From: Squalus acanthias
Lineage: Eukaryota
Direction: 5' to 3'
NCBI GenBank assembly: GCA_030390025.1
Contig: CM059436.1
Span: forward strand, 57,164,001-57,228,000
DNA length: 64,000 nt
The translations under genes were made by a program, and so were the position numbers. The notes under the pieces were generated by a model that saw nothing but the letters and a program-made list of their open reading frames with translations, made no database searches and was not told the DNA's origin. Of the stretch, positions 61,300 to 64,000 are shown piece after piece; positions within the stretch are counted from its first letter, which is position 1, and each line of letters starts with the position of its first letter.

Positions 61300-64000
61300 T
61301 AGGTGATGACACCTTACCCTTAAATGAAGCCTCCCCGCCTGGCTATACCTTCCACCACTTACCCGACTCATGGTGGCGGTGTGGCTCTCATCACCAAATC
61401 ACACCTTGGTCTGTCCCCCTACTCCTCCGGCACTTTCTCCTCCTTTGAGCACCTCACCTTGTTCCAGCCCTCTCACCTCTCATTTAAAATCCTCATTCTC
61501 TACCACCCACCCAAGTACCATAAAAGCGTTATTACCGAGACATCTTCACTGCTTTCCTCCCTCAGCCTCTGCACCGAGCGACTTCTCATCCTCGATGATT
61601 TCAACCTCCATCTCAATTCATCATGCTCTCTCTCCTCTGAGTTCACTAGCCTCCTATCCTCCCTTAATCTCTCCCTCCATGTAAACTCCCCACCCCATAT
61701 TCATGGCCACCTCCTCGACTTTGCCATCTCTTGTGGCCTCGCTACTCCCATCGTGTCAATCGCAGATAAGGCCATCTCTGACCACTTTTTCATATCGCTC
61801 TCCACCCACATCCCCCATCCACCCCCCCCCAACCCTACTTCCTTCTGTGTCCGCCCTGGAAAAAACTGTCTCCCAACTCTCTTACAACTGCACTTACGAA
61901 ATCCCAACTGTCCAGCCTTTGGCCCTCCATTCACCACAACATTTCTGCAGCTACCGGTCTGTTGAACCACACCCTCACCACCACCATTGATATCCTCGTC
62001 CCTATTAAAACAATTACTCTCTCTCACCCTGGCCATTCCCCCTGGTACGGGCCTCATCTTCACTCCCTTAAGTCCAAGAGACGGAGACTTGAACAGATAT
62101 GGCAGACAACTGGTTTAGCCATTCACCGCCAGATCTGGCTGGACCACATAAAGCATTATCGGGTCCTGCTCTCATTTGCCAAAATTGCTCACTACTCCAG
62201 AATCATTCTGGAATGCAAAGATAAACCCTGACTTCTATTCTCCACTGCTAACCGTCTTCTTAAACCCCTCTCTGTCTCCTCCACCCTCACCTCCGACAAC
62301 AAGTGAGGAGTGCATGAACTTCTTTGTCTCTAAGATTGAGACCATCCGTTCAGCTGCCTCTGCCACTTCCCTTCCTTCCCCTAGCCCACCGAGCCAAACT
62401 TCCTCTAAGGTTCCCCCCCGCCCTAGCCCTGAACTCACATCTTTCTCCAGTTTCTCTCTGATCTCCCCTCATGACCTCATCTTGTCCATGAGACCCACTT
62501 CCTGCTCCCTCGACCCTATTCCCACCAAACTGCTGACCACCCAACTTCCTTTTCTGGCTCCCATGTTAGCTGACATTGTTAACGGTTCTCTCTCCTCAAG
62601 TACTGTCCCCCTCTCCCTCAAATCTGCCGTCATCACCCCTCTCCTCAAAAAACCAACCCTTTACCCCTCCGTCCTTGCAAACTATCACCCCATCTCCAAC
62701 CTCCCTTTCCTCTCCAAAGTCCTTGAACGTATTGTCGCCTCTCAAATCCGTGCCCATCTTTCCCACAACTCCATGTTTGAATCCCTCCAATCAGGTTTCC
62801 GCCCCTGCCACAGTACCAAAATGGCTCTCAAAGTCACAAATGACATCCTTTGTGACTGTGACAAAGGTAAACTATCCCTCCTCGACTTGTCTGCAGCCTT
62901 TGACATGGTTGACCACTCCATCCTTCTCCAACACCTCTCCACCGTCGTCCAGCTGGGTAGGACTGCACGCGCCTGGTTCCATTCTTATCTATCTAATCGT
63001 AGCCAGAGAATCACCTGCAACAGCTTCTCTTCCTGCTCCCGCATCGTTACCTCTGGTGGCCCCCAAGGATCTATCCTTGGCCTCCTCCTTTTTCTCATCT
63101 ACATGCTGCCCCTTGGTGACATCATCCGAAAACACAGCATCAGTTTCCACATGTACGCTGACGACACCCAGCTCTACCTCACCACCACTTCTCTCGACCC
63201 TTCCACGGTCTCTAAATTGTCTGACTGCTTGTCTAATATGCAGTTCTGGATGAGCAGAAATTTTCACCAATTAAATATTGGGAAGACCGAAGCCATTGTT
63301 TCCAGTCCCCACCACAAACTTTGTTCCCTAGCCACTGACTCCATCCCTCTCTCTAACATCCGTCTGAGGCTGAACGACACTGTTCGCAACCTTGGTGTCA
63401 TATGACCCTGAAATGAGCTTCCGACCACATATCCACAGCATAACTAACAACGCCTATTTCTACCTCCGTAACATCGCCCGTCTCCGCCCTTGCCTCAGCT
63501 CATCTGCTGCTGAAACTCTCATCCATGCCTTTGTTACCTCTAGACTTGACTATTCCTGGCTGGCCTCCACATTCTAACCTACGTAAACTTGAGATCATCC
63601 AAAACTCGGCTGCCTGTGTCCTAACTCGCACCAAGTCCCAGTCACCATCACCCGTGCTCACTGATGTCCATTAGCTCCCAGTTAACCAACGCCTTGATTT
63701 CAAAATTCTCATCCTCGTTTTCAAATCCCTCCATAGCCTCGCCCCTCCCTATCTCTGTAATCTCCTCCAGCCCCACAAACCCCCGAGCTATCTGCGCTCC
63801 TCTAATTCTGCCCTCTTGAGCATCCCTGATTATAATCGCTCAACCTTTGGTGGCCGTGCCTTCTGTTGCCTCGGCCCTAAGCTCTGGAATTCCCTCCCTA
63901 AATCTCTCCGCCTCTCTACCGCGCTTTCCTCCTTTAAGACGCTCCTTAAAACCTACCTCTTTGACCAAGCTTTTGGTCATCTGCCCTAATTTCTCCTTAG
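61300..64000 (+). mobile_element. L2-clade LINE, 5'-truncated ORF2 (endonuclease part plus RT) with frameshifts; antisense to BCL11A; runs off the window
   Basis: APE motifs GGGVALI, ILDDFNLH, GHLLDF, ISDHFFI and RT motifs PISNLPFLSKVLERIV, QSGFR, LDLSAAFDMVDH, GPQGSILG, YADDTQLY. Confidence 0.93.

Noticed and set aside
46900-64000. Homologue of the human erythroid +55/+58/+62 BCL11A enhancers
   Set aside because: No convincing half-E-box/GATA composite identified, and the equivalent position probably lies beyond the window

Overview
This is vertebrate genomic DNA, very likely from a cartilaginous fish (shark). That is inferred from the repeat set: an HE1/V-type SINE, HER1-like CR1 LINEs, Deu-domain SINEs, L2 LINEs and a Penelope-type foldback. 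The only host gene I can support is BCL11A on the minus strand. Its large terminal zinc-finger exon (XL-type CDS 46826-44812) is followed by a ~2.6 kb 3' UTR containing a 148-N gap, with a poly(A) signal at 42269-42264. Positions above 46826 are intron. They hold a decayed Harbinger transposon with remnants of both its Myb/SANT gene and its transposase, several CpG-rich non-autonomous DNA elements and a 2.7 kb L2. Positions below ~42245 are downstream, apparently gene-free DNA with nested retroposons, MITEs, minisatellites and candidate conserved non-coding elements. Almost all short ORFs in the track are transposon fragments or noise. I see no prokaryotic-type system and cannot claim a wholly new biological system. 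The best leads concern BCL11A isoform/UTR evolution and transposon biology. Comparisons to human BCL11A and to repeat consensus sequences are from memory and need alignment to confirm.
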